Source: Schmidtea nova (Eukaryota). Taken from it: a stretch of 64,000 nucleotides of DNA. The notes under the pieces were generated by a model that saw only the letters and a list, made by a program, of their open reading frames with translations, was not told the origin of the DNA and made no database searches. The stretch is from positions 406,100,001 through 406,164,000 of the forward strand of contig CM097883.1 in assembly GCA_044892505.1 (NCBI GenBank). The letters are read 5' to 3'. Shown here in pieces: positions 12,050 to 25,681 of the stretch; the stretch's first letter is position 1; the number at the start of each line of letters is the position of its first letter. The position numbers and the translations under genes are program-made.

Positions 12050-15000
12050 AGACGGTGGCAGTGGCAATTCTCTGGATGATAAAACAAATCATCGACATCT
12101 TGTATGGATTGCAAGAAAGCTGTGTGGGCAGCTCACTGCTTAGAAAGGACAAAAAGCACAGGTAAAAAGCGCAGAAGAAATAAAGGGAACACAAATTCTT
12201 GTGGATAAAGTGGGGAAACAAACACATCAAATAAACGTTTTGAAAAGTTACTCAGGAGCGGTCCATCAGGAGCCACAGAGAGGGAGACAGTACAAGCAGG
12301 AAGAACAAAGAGAAGAAAGCGAGACGAAGAGAAGGACCAGAATGTTGCTTATGTTACAAAATGGGCCATACGAAAATAAACTTTGTTGGGCGTGACACAG
12401 AAACGGACATATAAGTAGGTATTGTCCAGGTATAAAAGAGCCAAGATGTTTTGGTGTGGGAAAGAAAGTCATATAAGAAGGTTATTTCAGGATGCAACAA
12501 AAATAGTAATAGATCCGAAGAATTTTAATCAAAACAAGGACCGAAAGTAAATAGATACAGTCGGATAAATGAAATCCAAGAAGAAGAAGAAAGGGAATCG
12601 TATGTAGAGACAAATGAAGATAAATTTAGTAAACCGTACCCAAATAACTGTGCTTCACCAGTAGAGGAGTTGGTTGGCGACATATACTAACAGAAGAATT
12701 GATTGGATAAGGTAAAGGTTTAAAGAGGAAGTGGAAAAAATCGGAACGATTGAAATGGGGCAGGCTGTAGAAATTGTGTATAACAAGCTACAAAGAAGAC
12801 CTAGTGTAACAGTAATGAATGGGGAAAATTTCGACTGTTTATTAGTTACCGGAGCACAAATCAATGTAATGATTGTGAACTGTTTTAATAAGTTACGAGG
12901 ACAACAATAAATGAGGAGCGATGATAAATTACGATGCGCAAATGAGAGTACGATAGAAACAATAGGAAGAATAAAGGTGCAAGTAACTATTGGAGATATT
13001 TCTTAGGAAGTTATATTCATTGTTGCGGAGAAAGTGACACCAGATTTGATTGGAGAAGTGGAATTATAAGAAGCATTTGGATATATGCTGTCGAAAAGGA
13101 AAGAAATCGAAGCTAGTGAAAAAGACAAGAACTATATTTATAACATTGAAGCGAAATTCGGCAGATAAATTAAGAACGAAGAACGGTTGACACGAGCCTT
13201 GGAACATCTAAAGATTAATGAAGATAGCAAACTAAAGGAAATAATAACGAACAGTGGGAACGTATTCATGGCGGATAAATGGGATGTGGTTCGCACGCAT
13301 TTAGTAAAACATAAGATAGTTACAAGAGGTAAACCTATTAATATAAAACCATATCGTCAACCATTAAATTTGGAAATAAAGATTGAAGAAGCAATACAAA
13401 ATTTGTACGAAAACGGGATTATAAGGAAATGCAACTCCCCGTGGAATACGCCGTTAATATGCGTATGAAAAAAAGATAAAAGGGATCTAAGGTTATGCTT
13501 GAAATTCAGACGGCTGAACGTGGTAACAGAAAGGCAGGTATTTTCAATGCCAAACATATACGAGATGTTGGATTTGTTATGAGGAGCCGTCTTTTTTAGC
13601 TAAATTGACCTAGGTAATACATATTACCAAGTTGAGTTAGACAAAGAATCACAGGAGAAAACAACCTTCTCAACAAAAAACGGGCAATACTGTTTAAATA
13701 GAATGCCGTTCGGAATTGCAGCAGCACCAGGTGCGTTTCAGGAAATGATGACAACGGTAATCGGCAATATAAATGGGGCTATGGTGTATTTGGATGACAA
13801 CTTGATTTATTCGAGCAGTAAAGAAAACATTATGCAATATTAGGGTAGGTGTTATAGGCGATCGAGGTAGCAGGACTAAAGATTAACCCAGAAAAGTGTC
13901 AAATAATACAGAAATAACCCGATTCCTAGGACATATAATCAGCAAAGAAGGAGCACAGACAAATTCTTCCAAGATTGAGGCCATACAAAATTCATGGAGT
14001 CAAGTTGCGAAAAGATACACTGAAGCTTTTTAAGCATTTGCAATTATTATGGAAGATTAATCAGCGAGTTTGCAAAGACGGCCAAGATGTTAGAACAATT
14101 ATGTAGCGGCCCTAGTAATAAAATTTTGGAGTGGACGGAAGTAACGAATAGCGTGTTTGAGAGATTGAAGGGAGCACTTACGATGGCTCCGAAATATATA
14201 TTGGGCATAATAAACCAGTAGTGTAAGTATCAAGTCTTGACAGCGATAACAATATAAGACGAAGAAACAATAAAAAAACGATAAAGAAAAATGGATTTTA
14301 AGATTTGGTTGCCCAAAGGTATAAAAGTTGATTGCGGGGAGACGTTTGAATCAGGAATGATAAGAGAATTCACAAAGAAGTTAAATATTAAGTTTTTTTT
14401 CTCGAGTCGATACCATTACCAAGCAAATGGGCAGATAGAAAAACAACTCAGGACAATTTGAGAACTGATAAATGCTACTTTACAGGTCAGAAAGAAGACT
14501 GATTGACCGGAGATATTCCTAGAAGTAGAATTCACATTAAATGCAACCAAACAAAAACCGACAGAAAAAGCCCGGCAGAAATAGTTTTTGGAAAAAGGAT
14601 TAGCAGGGAAAATGGTACGAGTCAGTCAAAAAACATGTAAAAAGAAGAACCAGAAGAACAAACAAAGAGGAAATTCAATATTGGAGAAGACATATTAGTA
14701 AAATTAGAAACACGCAATAAAAACCAAGACAGATATTAGAGGCCATACAAAGTGATCTAGAAAGTGAATGACAGACGATATATCTTAAGATACGAGAATG
14801 ATATAAAGATTGAAAGAAACATGGAAAACTTTAAAAATTTCTTAAGAAGGGGGATATGAGGGAAGCTTGAATATTCTAAAAATTTTTAAGTTATCGGTTA
14901 CAAAATATTGAAAATGTGAAATTGAAAATTTAGTAAATTTTAAATTGAAAAGTTAAAATTGAAAAAATATTTCGAATTTTAAAATTTTAAATAAAAAATG

Positions 15001-15101
15001 AAGATGGTAAATTTGTTTGAATAGCATAACAAACAAATACCAGTTTAAGTCTTTATTAATTTTGTTGAAATAAATTTTATGGATTTATTTAGTAACCCAC
15101 A
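12050..15101 (+). mobile_element. Degenerate, 5'-truncated Ty3/gypsy LTR retrotransposon
   Basis: Gag CCHC knuckle remnant at ~12384, protease LL(V)TGAQINV at ~12840, RT motifs PYRQP, SPWNTP, MPFG and YLDD (13787), integrase remnant ~14300-14560, polypurine tract 14844-14856. Confidence 0.9.
14857..15101 (+). repeat. Probable 3' LTR of the gypsy element
   Basis: Starts TG immediately after the purine tract aagaagggggata and can end in CA at 15100-15101; no second copy in the window to confirm the boundary. Confidence 0.5.
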
Positions 15102-15829
15102 AATTAATGTCAAGTTTCAAAGGATGAAAATCCTAATATGGCTCTTTGCAATAAAAAGGGTTCCCTACCCCTGGCATAGGTTGTTAATTAGTAAGTGTGG
15201 GTCCAAATTTTGGAGTGTGATCTCATTGCTGAAGTGGTCAAATAATTGGATGTGTATTATCTACGTGGATGGGCTTCAGTCACTCATTCATTTGTATACT
15301 CTGTGAAATAACGATGAGTGGAGTTGATATATTTCTTGTCCAATAACTAATAGGGATAATGCAGTCGCTGTTACAAAAAAAAGGAGATTGAAGGTTGATC
15401 CCTTACCAACAACTTGCCATCACAGTAAAATTGTTATAACCGAAGAAGTCATTGAACGAGTTCGTTTTGATTTTGTTGATTTCAATAAAAATAAAATTAC
15501 GAAAACAAATATAATTTTTTTAATTTATGAATCTTGTCTGATACATTAAATGAAACATTTGAATATTAAAGTTCAAATTTTATCTAATAAAATAATTTGA
15601 TATTATGTTGTTTAAATTTGTCATTTTTAATATGCAATAATTTAAATTTAATAATAATTTGTAAATTTAGAATTACTTTTAGTATATAATGATAAAATTT
15701 ATTTATAAAATGCTGATTATCTTTTTTAAAAATTTCTAATTTTTTAACAGTCGAAACATATAATTAATTATAAAAGACACATTAAAAGATTAAAATCAAA
15801 TTTCCCCTTAAGATTTCTCCAATCAATCT

Positions 15830-16396
15830 ATGTCCGTGTTCAGTTCATCAACTAGTGCATTTAACGTTGAAGACGATTTATCTCAGAAAGGCGATAAAAA
15901 GCTAAATGCTGCAGATAAATCGCGACTGTGTAGAGACAAAACAAAACGTCGAGATGAAGAAAGAAAAAAATTCCTAGACCAACTAAAGAAGGACATAGTA
16001 AATTATCAAATAGAAAATACTAGTTTATGTAATTTGAATGAGAAACTGGAAATGGAAAGTCAATTTCTGCAAAATATATTAATCAATCAAATGAGCATTT
16101 TAGAATTTATCAACAAGTTCAGCATTAAGTTTATAAAAATCAAAACGCTCCTCACTCATGAGCATTGTTTGACTGATTTGCCAGTTGTCAGCACTGGAGA
16201 ACCTCTTGATTTGCAATTGGTTGATGAGTTTTTATCTGAGCAATCTGTCAATTATTTATCCTTCCATCCTGCTGCTGATATAATCGGCTATCCCAATCAC
16301 TTTGCATTCAATTTCAATTTGCAAGATGATGACAAATTGTCTATCGATGATTTAGATATTGATTTCTGTGAACAGGAATTCATTGATAATCAATAA
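15830..16396 (+). CDS. Divergent bZIP-like protein, paralog A (intronless, 188 aa)
   Basis: Basic region NAADKSRLCRDKTKRR followed by heptad-rich helix; shares SQFL..L.N...ILEFINKF with paralog B; acidic C-terminus. Confidence 0.72.
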   Translation: MSVFSSSTSAFNVEDDLSQKGDKKLNAADKSRLCRDKTKRRDEERKKFLDQLKKDIVNYQIENTSLCNLNEKLEMESQFLQNILINQMSILEFINKFSIKFIKIKTLLTHEHCLTDLPVVSTGEPLDLQLVDEFLSEQSVNYLSFHPAADIIGYPNHFAFNFNLQDDDKLSIDDLDIDFCEQEFIDNQ

Positions 16397-17042
16397 ATTT
16401 GTATTTTAGAATAAAATATTTTTGCTATTTTAATTGTTTTTCATTGGCGCATTATAAATCCACAATTATATTCCTTACAATATATTTCCACAAACTTCCT
16501 GTCATTTTATTAAAACAAATTTTAAAAAATAAAATTTTATATTTTATAAAATATTATTTTAAAAAAAATAAAAACTGGCAAAAAAACAATTAATGAAAAC
16601 CGCCACTCATATTCACCGTTTTCGTACAATAAAAGTTTTCTTTCAAATGTCATGGGTGAAATGTCACATACCTTGGAAAATACTGTTAGTCTTCTTTGTA
16701 TTCGAGTTTCAGAACATTGTCAATTAATAGAGACCCGTGTTGTATATAATCATATTGACCTTTATAGTAATATGAATATGATAATTTTTGCTTCGTGTGT
16801 TAACTTTGATTATCACGATTTAATTACACTAACTGATGAGGTTTTCGTGATTCTCAAATTTTCTATTGATCTTTATTCTATACTTGTTTAATTTTTCAAA
16901 TGTCATGGGCAAAATGCCACTTACTTTAGATATGACTGACCTTCTTTTATGTAGTCGAATTTTATAACATTGTCGATAAATGATGATGAATTTGGTCTTC
17001 AATCATACTGTTGTTAATTAATATGAAAATATTTTCATAATT

Positions 17043-17246
17043 ATCTATTTGTTTCACCTGTGATCTCTTTTTATTAATATCAATAATTTCCATAATGGTA
17101 TGACTATAGATAAAAAAAAATTTTAACAAGTACACAATATTTCGGCACAGCCTGTATCAAGTGTGCATGTAAAAATACAATCTTGATAAAGGCTGGCGAA
17201 ATATTGTGTACTTGTTAAAAAATTTTGATCTATAGTCATCCATTAT
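17043..17246. repeat. Repeat containing a ~157-bp hairpin (17090-17246); second copy, inverted, at 53808-54024
   Basis: Arms ataatggtatgactatagat..aacaagtacacaatatttcg..cagcct pair with their reverse complement; the left flank tttgtttcacctgtgatc recurs inverted at 53980-54024. Confidence 0.85.
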
Positions 17247-18932
17247 TTGACGATAAATTTATTTGAATTGTTAAAATATTTTATCGTTTGATTTTTTGAT
17301 AATTTAAAAAAAATTTATATTACATTTTTAAAAGTTATTTTTTTATAAAAGTTATATTTTTTATATATATTTTTATATATTTTTATATATTTGATATATT
17401 TTTATATATTTTATATATTTTAAAAGTTATATTTTTAAAATTTATTTATCTGATTTATGCGGGAATATTTATTCTTTTATCTTAGTGCCATTTTTGTTTT
17501 ATTATATATTAGTATTATTGTTTTTATTTAGGAGATTTCACGTGACTTAAACAAATTTTAACTATTTTTTTTTATTTAACAAATCACAATTTAAAATTCG
17601 TGCAAAGATTTTCAGAAAAACACATTTCAAAACTCCCACCAAAATATGCCTGTGGAATAACTAAAACGGATCCAGATAGCAAATTTAAACAAAACACATT
17701 TCAAAGATCTCACTATTAAAACGCGCGATAACTTATACGGATCCTGACAACCTCCAACTGTTATAGAATATGATTTTCATGAAAAGTAAAGTTTTTGTTG
17801 TTTCGTGATCTTGTGTTCAGTTATCATTCTTTCTCTCATCTTCGTCAAATGTTCATATCACAAACTCGTATTTTGTGTTTCTATCGTCATTATCTTCACT
17901 GTTCTTCGTATCATCTCTACTTTTAACATTTTATGTATGTTTCTGGGGTTTTATAAAAAACTTTATTTATAACAGCAAAAAGGTAAATACTGTATCTAAA
18001 AAAGTTTTAGTTGATTTGTCTTCGATATTTTGTCATTTTAAAAATGCGTCGTTATCATCTTTTTTACTTTAAATATTTTTTATCTTTATGTTTTGTATGT
18101 CTGGAAAAATTGTTACTGTCATTTAGGCGAAAATTTTATTTGAATAAAAAAATGTTAAACTATAATTGAAACATAATTAATATAAAATTTCTGAGTATGA
18201 TCCTCCGGCCGTTCTCTTTCATTCATGTAAGTATAAGGCTGGAATTCAATGTAGCGTCGAACACATGTCGTGGGACAATTTGAGAGAATCCACTCTCCAC
18301 TCGTGAACCCATACGGATTTCACTGTTTCGTGGCAAACTGGACTTACTCACAAAGAGTTAGCAACTCGGAAGGTCAAGAAAATAGCAAATAAAATAATTT
18401 TATTTTAGTGCATGTAATGAGTTTTCTCTTTCATTGAGAATCAATTGATCATTGAAAATTTTGTAGCATTCATAACATAAACAACCTGGACGTAAGCCAG
18501 AGCTGAACACAACAGAAAGGTCAGCAAAACAACCAAACAGACATTCCTAGTCTAGTTAGAATGATGTCGTCTCTCACATTAATTTTTAAGTAGAGATCTT
18601 CATCTGAATTCTTCTCTTCAACTGGTGAGAGGTGTTGATCTTTCCTTTGATAGTTTTGATAAATATTTCGTAGAGAATACTTAATTCTTCTTCGCGAAAA
18701 TTTCTCCAAATTCTCAAGAGTGTTGGAAATAATGAAAATGACTTCTCTATTTATACCATTTTTACAGCATTTAATTAAATTGATGCAGTAAAACAAAATC
18801 TTCTAGAATGCTTTTTTTGCTTAAACTAATTTAATTTGAAAAAGAAATATTTTATTTTTACTAAAATAAGTTTGTATTTTTACATAAAATTTTACTCTAT
18901 GATTTAGTAAATTTTATTTTTATCAAAATTTA

Positions 18933-18969
<37 letters not shown>

Positions 18970-19809
18970 TTCAATAATTAATGAATATTAAAACTTTGTT
19001 GTAATATTTCAATTTCGGCACTGTTTTTATAAAAATAAATTTTATTTTAATATTATGATTTTTAAAGAGATTGTAGCAAGCGACCACGCCTAGAAAATCG
19101 AGCCAATTCACGAGGTGACGAGAAATCAGCAAAGAAAGATGATTATGAAATCAATGTCTAAACAGGCAAAAGACATGTCAGAATATTCATGTCATAAGAT
19201 TCGATGGCCAAAGCACGATAGAAGCAGACAAATTGCTCATGGATATTTATGATTGGATGCTTCTTAACGATCTAAATTTAGTAAATATTTTTGACTTATT
19301 ATTGTCTGGAGGCATATATTCACTGGAAAAAATTTAAAGACATATCCAAAACGAATGAAAAAGCTAGTTAATGGTTTTATGACACATTTACAAAAAAAGT
19401 CCAATATTGAAAAGATTTGTTACTTATCATTAGTGAAGCAAAATCACGATGAAAGATTCGTTACATTTGAGATACGAGTGAATAAACTTACACCTGTTTT
19501 ATTCTACCTCTTTTTTCTACGACATAATAAATGAGACGATTGAATAAAACAGCAATGAATAACGTACAGGCAGGTATGTATTTTTCTATAGCATAAGCTT
19601 ACGGATTAATATAGATAAGACACTTCAGTGAAACATGGCGAAGTTGCCCCATTTAAATTTGCTGCATTTTATTGCTCCTCTAACTCTTCATTTTTGATAT
19701 CATATGGCGCATTTAGAAAACTACGATCGAAAATAATTTTGACTCGTGGCAGCGTGTGAAGGGGACGGTTGATTTAAATTTATATACAGGTGCTAAGACT
19801 TCAATTGTT

Positions 19810-19955
19810 GACCCTAATTTTACATTAAATTTCATCATGGTAGATGATGAGAAATTATCTATCGATTATTAAGATATTGATTTCGCAAGTCTGTGATCAG
19901 GAATATATTGATAATCAATAATTTGTATTTTGGAATAAAATATTTTCGTTATTTT
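19810..19955 (+). pseudogene. Duplicated 3' end and 3' flank of bZIP paralog A
   Basis: gatgatgagaaattatctatcgat..gatattgatttc..attgataatcaataatttgtattttggaataaaatatttt closely matches ~16325-16430; contains a stop and an insertion. Confidence 0.75.
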
Positions 19956-20162
19956 CAATTGGCATTTTCGAAACTCTTGATTGGCTAAACCGTTTATAGA
20001 TTTTTTGAATTTATTTAAATAATTTATTTTTATATTATTTGTACAATAATTCCCAATTATCCCACAGGCTGATAAATATTTGTATCAAGAAAATGCCGAT
20101 ACTATCTGTCATTTATATACAATTGATTAATAAGTGAAATATATTAAATAATCAATAAAATA

Positions 20163-20645
20163 TTAATTGAGCGTAAGATCCGAAAATAAACCAGACACAC
20201 GTGATTGCTCATTATTGTCCGAATCTGAGCTTATGAGACTGTCAATAAAAGCATTCATATCAGACACAGCTTGTATAGACAAAGAGCTTGGAATGAAATG
20301 GTTATTTTTGTTAAATACAAAAGCACTATTCACAATCCCAATGGATGCATCGTTTGGCAGCTTAATTTTGAGAGATGTGACTGCAAATTTGTTGATAAAT
20401 TCCAAAATGTAGAGGTTATTAACAAGCAGATTCAGTAGAAATTGAGATTTTTTTTCCAATTGAGAGTTTTCATTGAGAATATTAGTCAGGTGAGTTTTAT
20501 ATTGTGCTTTCTCTTTCTGAAGCAGTAATAAATCAGATTTCCTTTTTTCGATACTAAGTTTCGTGCTTTGTCTATATCGTTTAGATCTTTCAGCATTTGA
20601 TATTGATAAATCATTTCTAATCGACTCCTCGTCAATGAAGTTCAT
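20163..20645 (-). CDS. Divergent bZIP-like protein, paralog B (intronless, 160 aa)
   Basis: Basic region NAERSKRYRQSTK followed by leucine heptads; clear similarity to 15830-16396. Confidence 0.72.
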   Translation of the reverse strand: MNFIDEESIRNDLSISNAERSKRYRQSTKLSIEKRKSDLLLLQKEKAQYKTHLTNILNENSQLEKKSQFLLNLLVNNLYILEFINKFAVTSLKIKLPNDASIGIVNSAFVFNKNNHFIPSSLSIQAVSDMNAFIDSLISSDSDNNEQSRVSGLFSDLTLN

Positions 20646-21345
20646 ATTTGATAATGAATAGACAAAATTCGTTAAAATTAATTTTAATTTTTCACAAATA
20701 ATTTTCTGCCGATATTATAATATCTATTTTTAATATTTAAAAATGTTAAATTAGGTAGGAATATTAAAACAAATAAATTATATTTAAATATCGTAAATAT
20801 AAAAAAATTGATGCTTAGAGTGCAATCTATATGAAGAATAATATTGAGTACTTTTTTTCAAGAATGATAATTAAGCGTAACGATTGACTTGGATAAAAGA
20901 TCTCCAGAAATCACTTAAACTAACTGTTAACTGAATGCCTGAAATACAAAGGCTATTGGTTAGGTTCACACCTGAAGGCTAATCGAATGCGAAATATCAA
21001 ACAACGTCGATAAAATTGTTCATTTTTGATTAGTTTCAAGGATTTCTATACAATTATTGATAGTTCAACACTGTTGTAATCAATTTTTGCTTTTGTAATT
21101 GCGTGTAGTTTTTTAAATTATAATTCTTATAGATAAACTTGAATCTTAAAAGTATATCCAATACAGATTTTTAATAAAATAAATAACAATTTTCAATTTA
21201 AATCTTTTTTATATAGAAATAAGTTAAATAAAATAGTTTCGGATAAAGTTGTTTTAATATTTCAACAATTGAATATAAAGGCCAAACTTTAATTAAATAT
21301 TATTTTAATAAGCTTTTACAGTAATTTCATCGCGAATAATTTACA

Positions 21346-22445
21346 ATGAGAACAATGAAAAGCTTACTAATGATAATAGGTAATCTTAATGATAAATTAG
21401 ACCGTTTTGATGTTGTATGATATTTCAGTGGTGATTTTCTGTATGAACTTGACAGCTGGAGGCCCGTGTAAAACACATAACAGCGTTATGGATTGCACTC
21501 GGATGGGTCTCACCGAAATCCATTACAAGTATCATTCTAGATGAGAATAATTTGACGGATATGCAAACGGAAAACTGTCAGAAATGGACAAATCTGATTG
21601 CATTAAGCGTTCGAAAGAATAAATTGCAAAAATCCTTGACATTTAAAACGTTCAAAGTTTTACAATCCTTAGATCTGAGCGAGAATAATTTGTCTAGTCT
21701 TGCATTATATGGTGACCAACTATTGACCGTTAACGTTTCTAGTAACTTTCTTGCCAATTTGGAAGTGAATTCACCGAATCTCCGCTTGTTAAATGTTAAC
21801 AATTATAAAAACTATAAATTAATCACGTCTCAACATTCACATTCCTCTTCTGCCCCTCAGGGTGATATCAGAGATCAAATTGATATAGCACTCATTAGAT
21901 TTGTGAATATAACCCACATTAAACCCTTCACGGTTAACCTGTCTTATTTGAAACCTAATGCTGTCAGACATTCACGATTAATTGAACGGAGCAGATTTCT
22001 ATTAACTTTAGTCAATTTCACCATGAAAGAAATTTTTATTTTAATCCAACAAAAATTCAAAAGTTTTTTCAGCCTCATTGGTAATAATTCTGTCAGTCCA
22101 GATGACAGAAAGAACTACTTAGCAACACATTACCCAAATGCTAGCAAGTCAATATCAATTAATTTAAACTCTACCACCTTTGACCCTAATAATAACAACT
22201 CCACTACCCCTGACCCCAACAAGTACAACTCTACCACTTCTAACTCAAATAATACCAACTCCACCACCTCTGTCCCTAATAATAACACCTCCAACACATT
22301 TAATTACAATACAAGCACATCGGTGTCCCAGAAAAAACGAGAATGCTTCCCACCGGATCTCCTAATTTCAAAATAAAAGTATGGCCAATTGCACTAGCAA
22401 TTATTGTGCCACTATTTGGATTTGCGTTAGTTGTTTTGATTTGAT
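21346..22445 (+). pseudogene. LRR membrane-protein pseudogene (paralog of 29584-30889)
   Basis: Same signal-peptide exon and 49-nt intron (21380-21428); a 17-nt deletion (attgcccatctgtagac) at ~21516 frameshifts to TAG 21538-21540; second frameshift just before the TM segment KVWPIALAIIVPLFG. Confidence 0.85.
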
Positions 22446-23288
22446 TCTAACAAACATATTTTGATCCTGCCATTTAAACTTTAAAATTTTATAAGTACTG
22501 GAATGCTGTAACGAGTGAAACTAAATAAAGTCTTCGGTCCTTGTAAAATGTAAATGGAACCAATGATCTTTATTTGCACATTTTTACAAATGTAAAGTTC
22601 GCAAGTGATAAAGACTACATTCGAATGCAAAGGCCGACTAAGTGTTACTCGAATATAAGGAAGGATTAATGGGTGCAAAAGGATTGAATAAGTTACAAGA
22701 TATCGCGAACAACTCGCATGAGATGGAAGTGGTGAATTTTTACCTTTGATCTGTAAAATTATTTTGAATTGCATTCGGTTCATTTTTTATATTATTAAGT
22801 TTCTAAACTCTTTCTGCATTGGGTGTAAATTTCTTTGGTATTATTTCTTTAAGATTGAAACTTTATTGGTGATTTTCTTGGAGAAAATTTAATTTTTCAT
22901 ATTACCAATTTTCTTCGAAAATAAGACCCCCACGAAAAATAAGACCAGTGAAGATTATATGTTCGTTTTAACGTTTTGCCTAAAATACTTGTTCTACGAT
23001 TTGTGTTAATAGAAAAAAATCATCATCATTATAATAATAAACTATTAAATAAAAATGGCAATATTCAAATAAATAAAAGAACACTATTCTTTCTGCAATA
23101 TATTTCGACAGCTCAGCTGTCATCATCGGGCTATAAACAAATTCAATAAAATAAAATTGATTCCTTTTATACGCTTAATAGTGATTACATAATCACATGT
23201 GCACAATATATTACAAATTTTATTTATTCTAGTAAAAATAATTAAAAACTTTCAAAGTATATGTAGATATTGAATTTTGTATGCTTAT

Positions 23289-24370
23289 TTAATTTTTTAA
23301 GAATGATTCCTTAAAAGTTTCAGTAGTCACCCAGGCTTTTTTATTTGCTGTGCAGTGGACTGGCAATCTACTAAAATTTACACCTTTCATTGACCGTGGT
23401 TTTAGTGCTCGATTTACAAGTAAAGGTTTCAGCATTCGATCTCCTGAAGCGTTAGAACAAAATAAAAAGGTCACGCGATCCTTGGCTACTTTTAACCCAC
23501 TTGCAATTTTCTGGGATTTGGCTACGTATGTTCTGCTCGGCATTCTTTTCCAGAAAAGGCCTGTTTCATCTGCATTCCATACCTGATCCGGAGTGTAGCC
23601 AGGTTCTTCAATTATTTTAGCCAATATTTGGGGAAATGCTTTAGCTGCATCCTCATCTGCAGATGAAATTTCACCCCTAATTTTTATATTATGAAGCGCG
23701 TGCCTTTGCCGATAACCTGTCATCCAACCTGTACTTGCAGAAAATTCAAATTTTTTATCTTTCTGACCTGATGTTTGTGGTTCCATTTCTTTCATCTGCT
23801 TATAAATTCGTAATGCCATCTGCTTTATGCCATTTCCGTCAACAGTTATCCGTTTTAGTGAGCAATCCACCATCCATATTACAACAACCTTCTCCATTTT
23901 TTTACAGTGTCTCTTGTGTATGATGTTGTATGAGCACTCATATTTGTTCCAGCAATCACAGATTTTCTGATAGCTTCTTCATTTTTTATAGTTCTTATGG
24001 TTGATTCTTTTAAATTAAAATATTTCCCTACAGAAGTGGCACCTTCTCCAGTGGCTAGTCCATCCAATATTTTGATTTTAATTTCCAAAGAAATAGCTTT
24101 TCTATTCGTTTGTTTTTTAGCTGACATTATTAATTGTAATGAGGTTCTTATATAAAAATTTATTTGCATGTAATAAATGAATGGACTTAAAATTATAAAT
24201 TACCTTTAACTTTAATTGAATTTATATTTGAATTTTTTTTGCTAAAAATGAAATTTTTTGCATCGCGTTAAATCAAATCAAATCGCGTAAAAACAAAACG
24301 AAATTATTTTGTTGAATCGCGTTAATTCAAATTCGCGTAAAAAAAGTTCGCGTAAAAACAGAATTAGGTG
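23289..24370 (-). mobile_element. Truncated Tigger/pogo-family DNA transposon
   Basis: CENP-B/psq HTH (RKAISLEIKIKIL), second HTH, NADETGLFWK and KDRVTFLFCSNASG (DDE_1); frameshift near 23890; terminus TA|CACCTAATTC at 24361-24372; DDE domain truncated, other end not found. Confidence 0.88.
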
Positions 24371-25525
24371 TAAAGTAATGATTTCAAAACCAATCTGATT
24401 GGAGGGAAGTGTGAATCAATGATGAATTAGTTGATGACTCACGTTAAATCAGATAATTTTGTGAACAAAGTTGGTTTGTATACGACAGTGGCTGTGATGT
24501 GCTTTGGCGCCAGGCGAATAGCTTAATGTTAGGAATAGTTTAGTAATAAATGGTAATGGAATGAAGACGAAGCCTTGCTTTAAAAATATTTGACTACCTT
24601 TCATCCGTAAAATTTGAAGTATTGAATGCATTTTAAAATGATGTCAATTTGGCTATCAAATAGGGCGTAATGAAAATTGAATTGAGGGTGGATTCAGCCA
24701 CCGCGGTAAGTAGGTAGAAACGATTCTTAGCAACGAAAGCAGGATTTGAGTTAAAAAGATTTTTTTGACGCATTGATTAGCCGTCTTTTGAGAATTATCA
24801 AAGAGGTCACCAGAAAGGGTCACATATGCATTTCCTTGTAATTGTTAAAGTTTATGGGAAATTATGCTGACTTTTTAACATGGGTCCTATATGTATTTCT
24901 GAAATCTAAATCATCATTTTGCTGTGCAGAATCATAATAGAAAAAAATAAAGTATCTTCACAGCAAATATCATTTTGAAGTGAAAAAGACTACCTACTTC
25001 ATTTTTACCAGAAAGTCCAGATAATCTTCAAGAAGTCATAAAGAATGTTGTGAGTAACTGCGTGGAATGTAACAAAATCGGAATCTGGGTATCGAGAGAA
25101 ATTGGAAAGATTAGTGGTGGATGCCAGACAGAATGAAAGTGTGGTTTACTAAGTATGGTTAATTGTAGTCCCAGAATATTTGCTATAAGGCGGGAAATGG
25201 AACATTAGGATATTTAAAGCATTGTAAGAAATTTGGAAAGAGTATTTCGAGACAGAGGTCCAGTGCTTGAGTTGCTCATGGATATCGGGTTAAACATTAT
25301 CTTGTTGAGAATACCTAAATAATAAAATTAAATATTATCATAAATAAATAAAATGATTGAGAAATATAATTGGGTACTTGTCACTTATATCTACAATTTG
25401 TTTCCTTCGAAATTGATGTTTCTTTACATTATTTGACTGATTATTTTTCAAATAATTTTCATAAAAGTATGAAAATGAATTAAAACAAATATAAAACATA
25501 TCAATAAACAAGTAATATTTTAAAA

Positions 25526-25681
25526 ATGGAATTAAGAAATGATGCAGTATATCAAATTGTTGGTCCAAGTGGGAATGGAAAACGTTTATTTGTTTGTAAA
25601 TTATTACAATCAAAATTTAACAAAATATATTGGCATATGGGAGCTGATGTTGAATATGGAATGACTCAAGATCAATTATAT
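25526..25681 (+). mobile_element. Maverick/Polinton packaging ATPase fragment
   Basis: MELRNDAVYQIVGPSGNGK (Walker A) directly upstream of the integrase remnant; premature stop. Confidence 0.6.
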
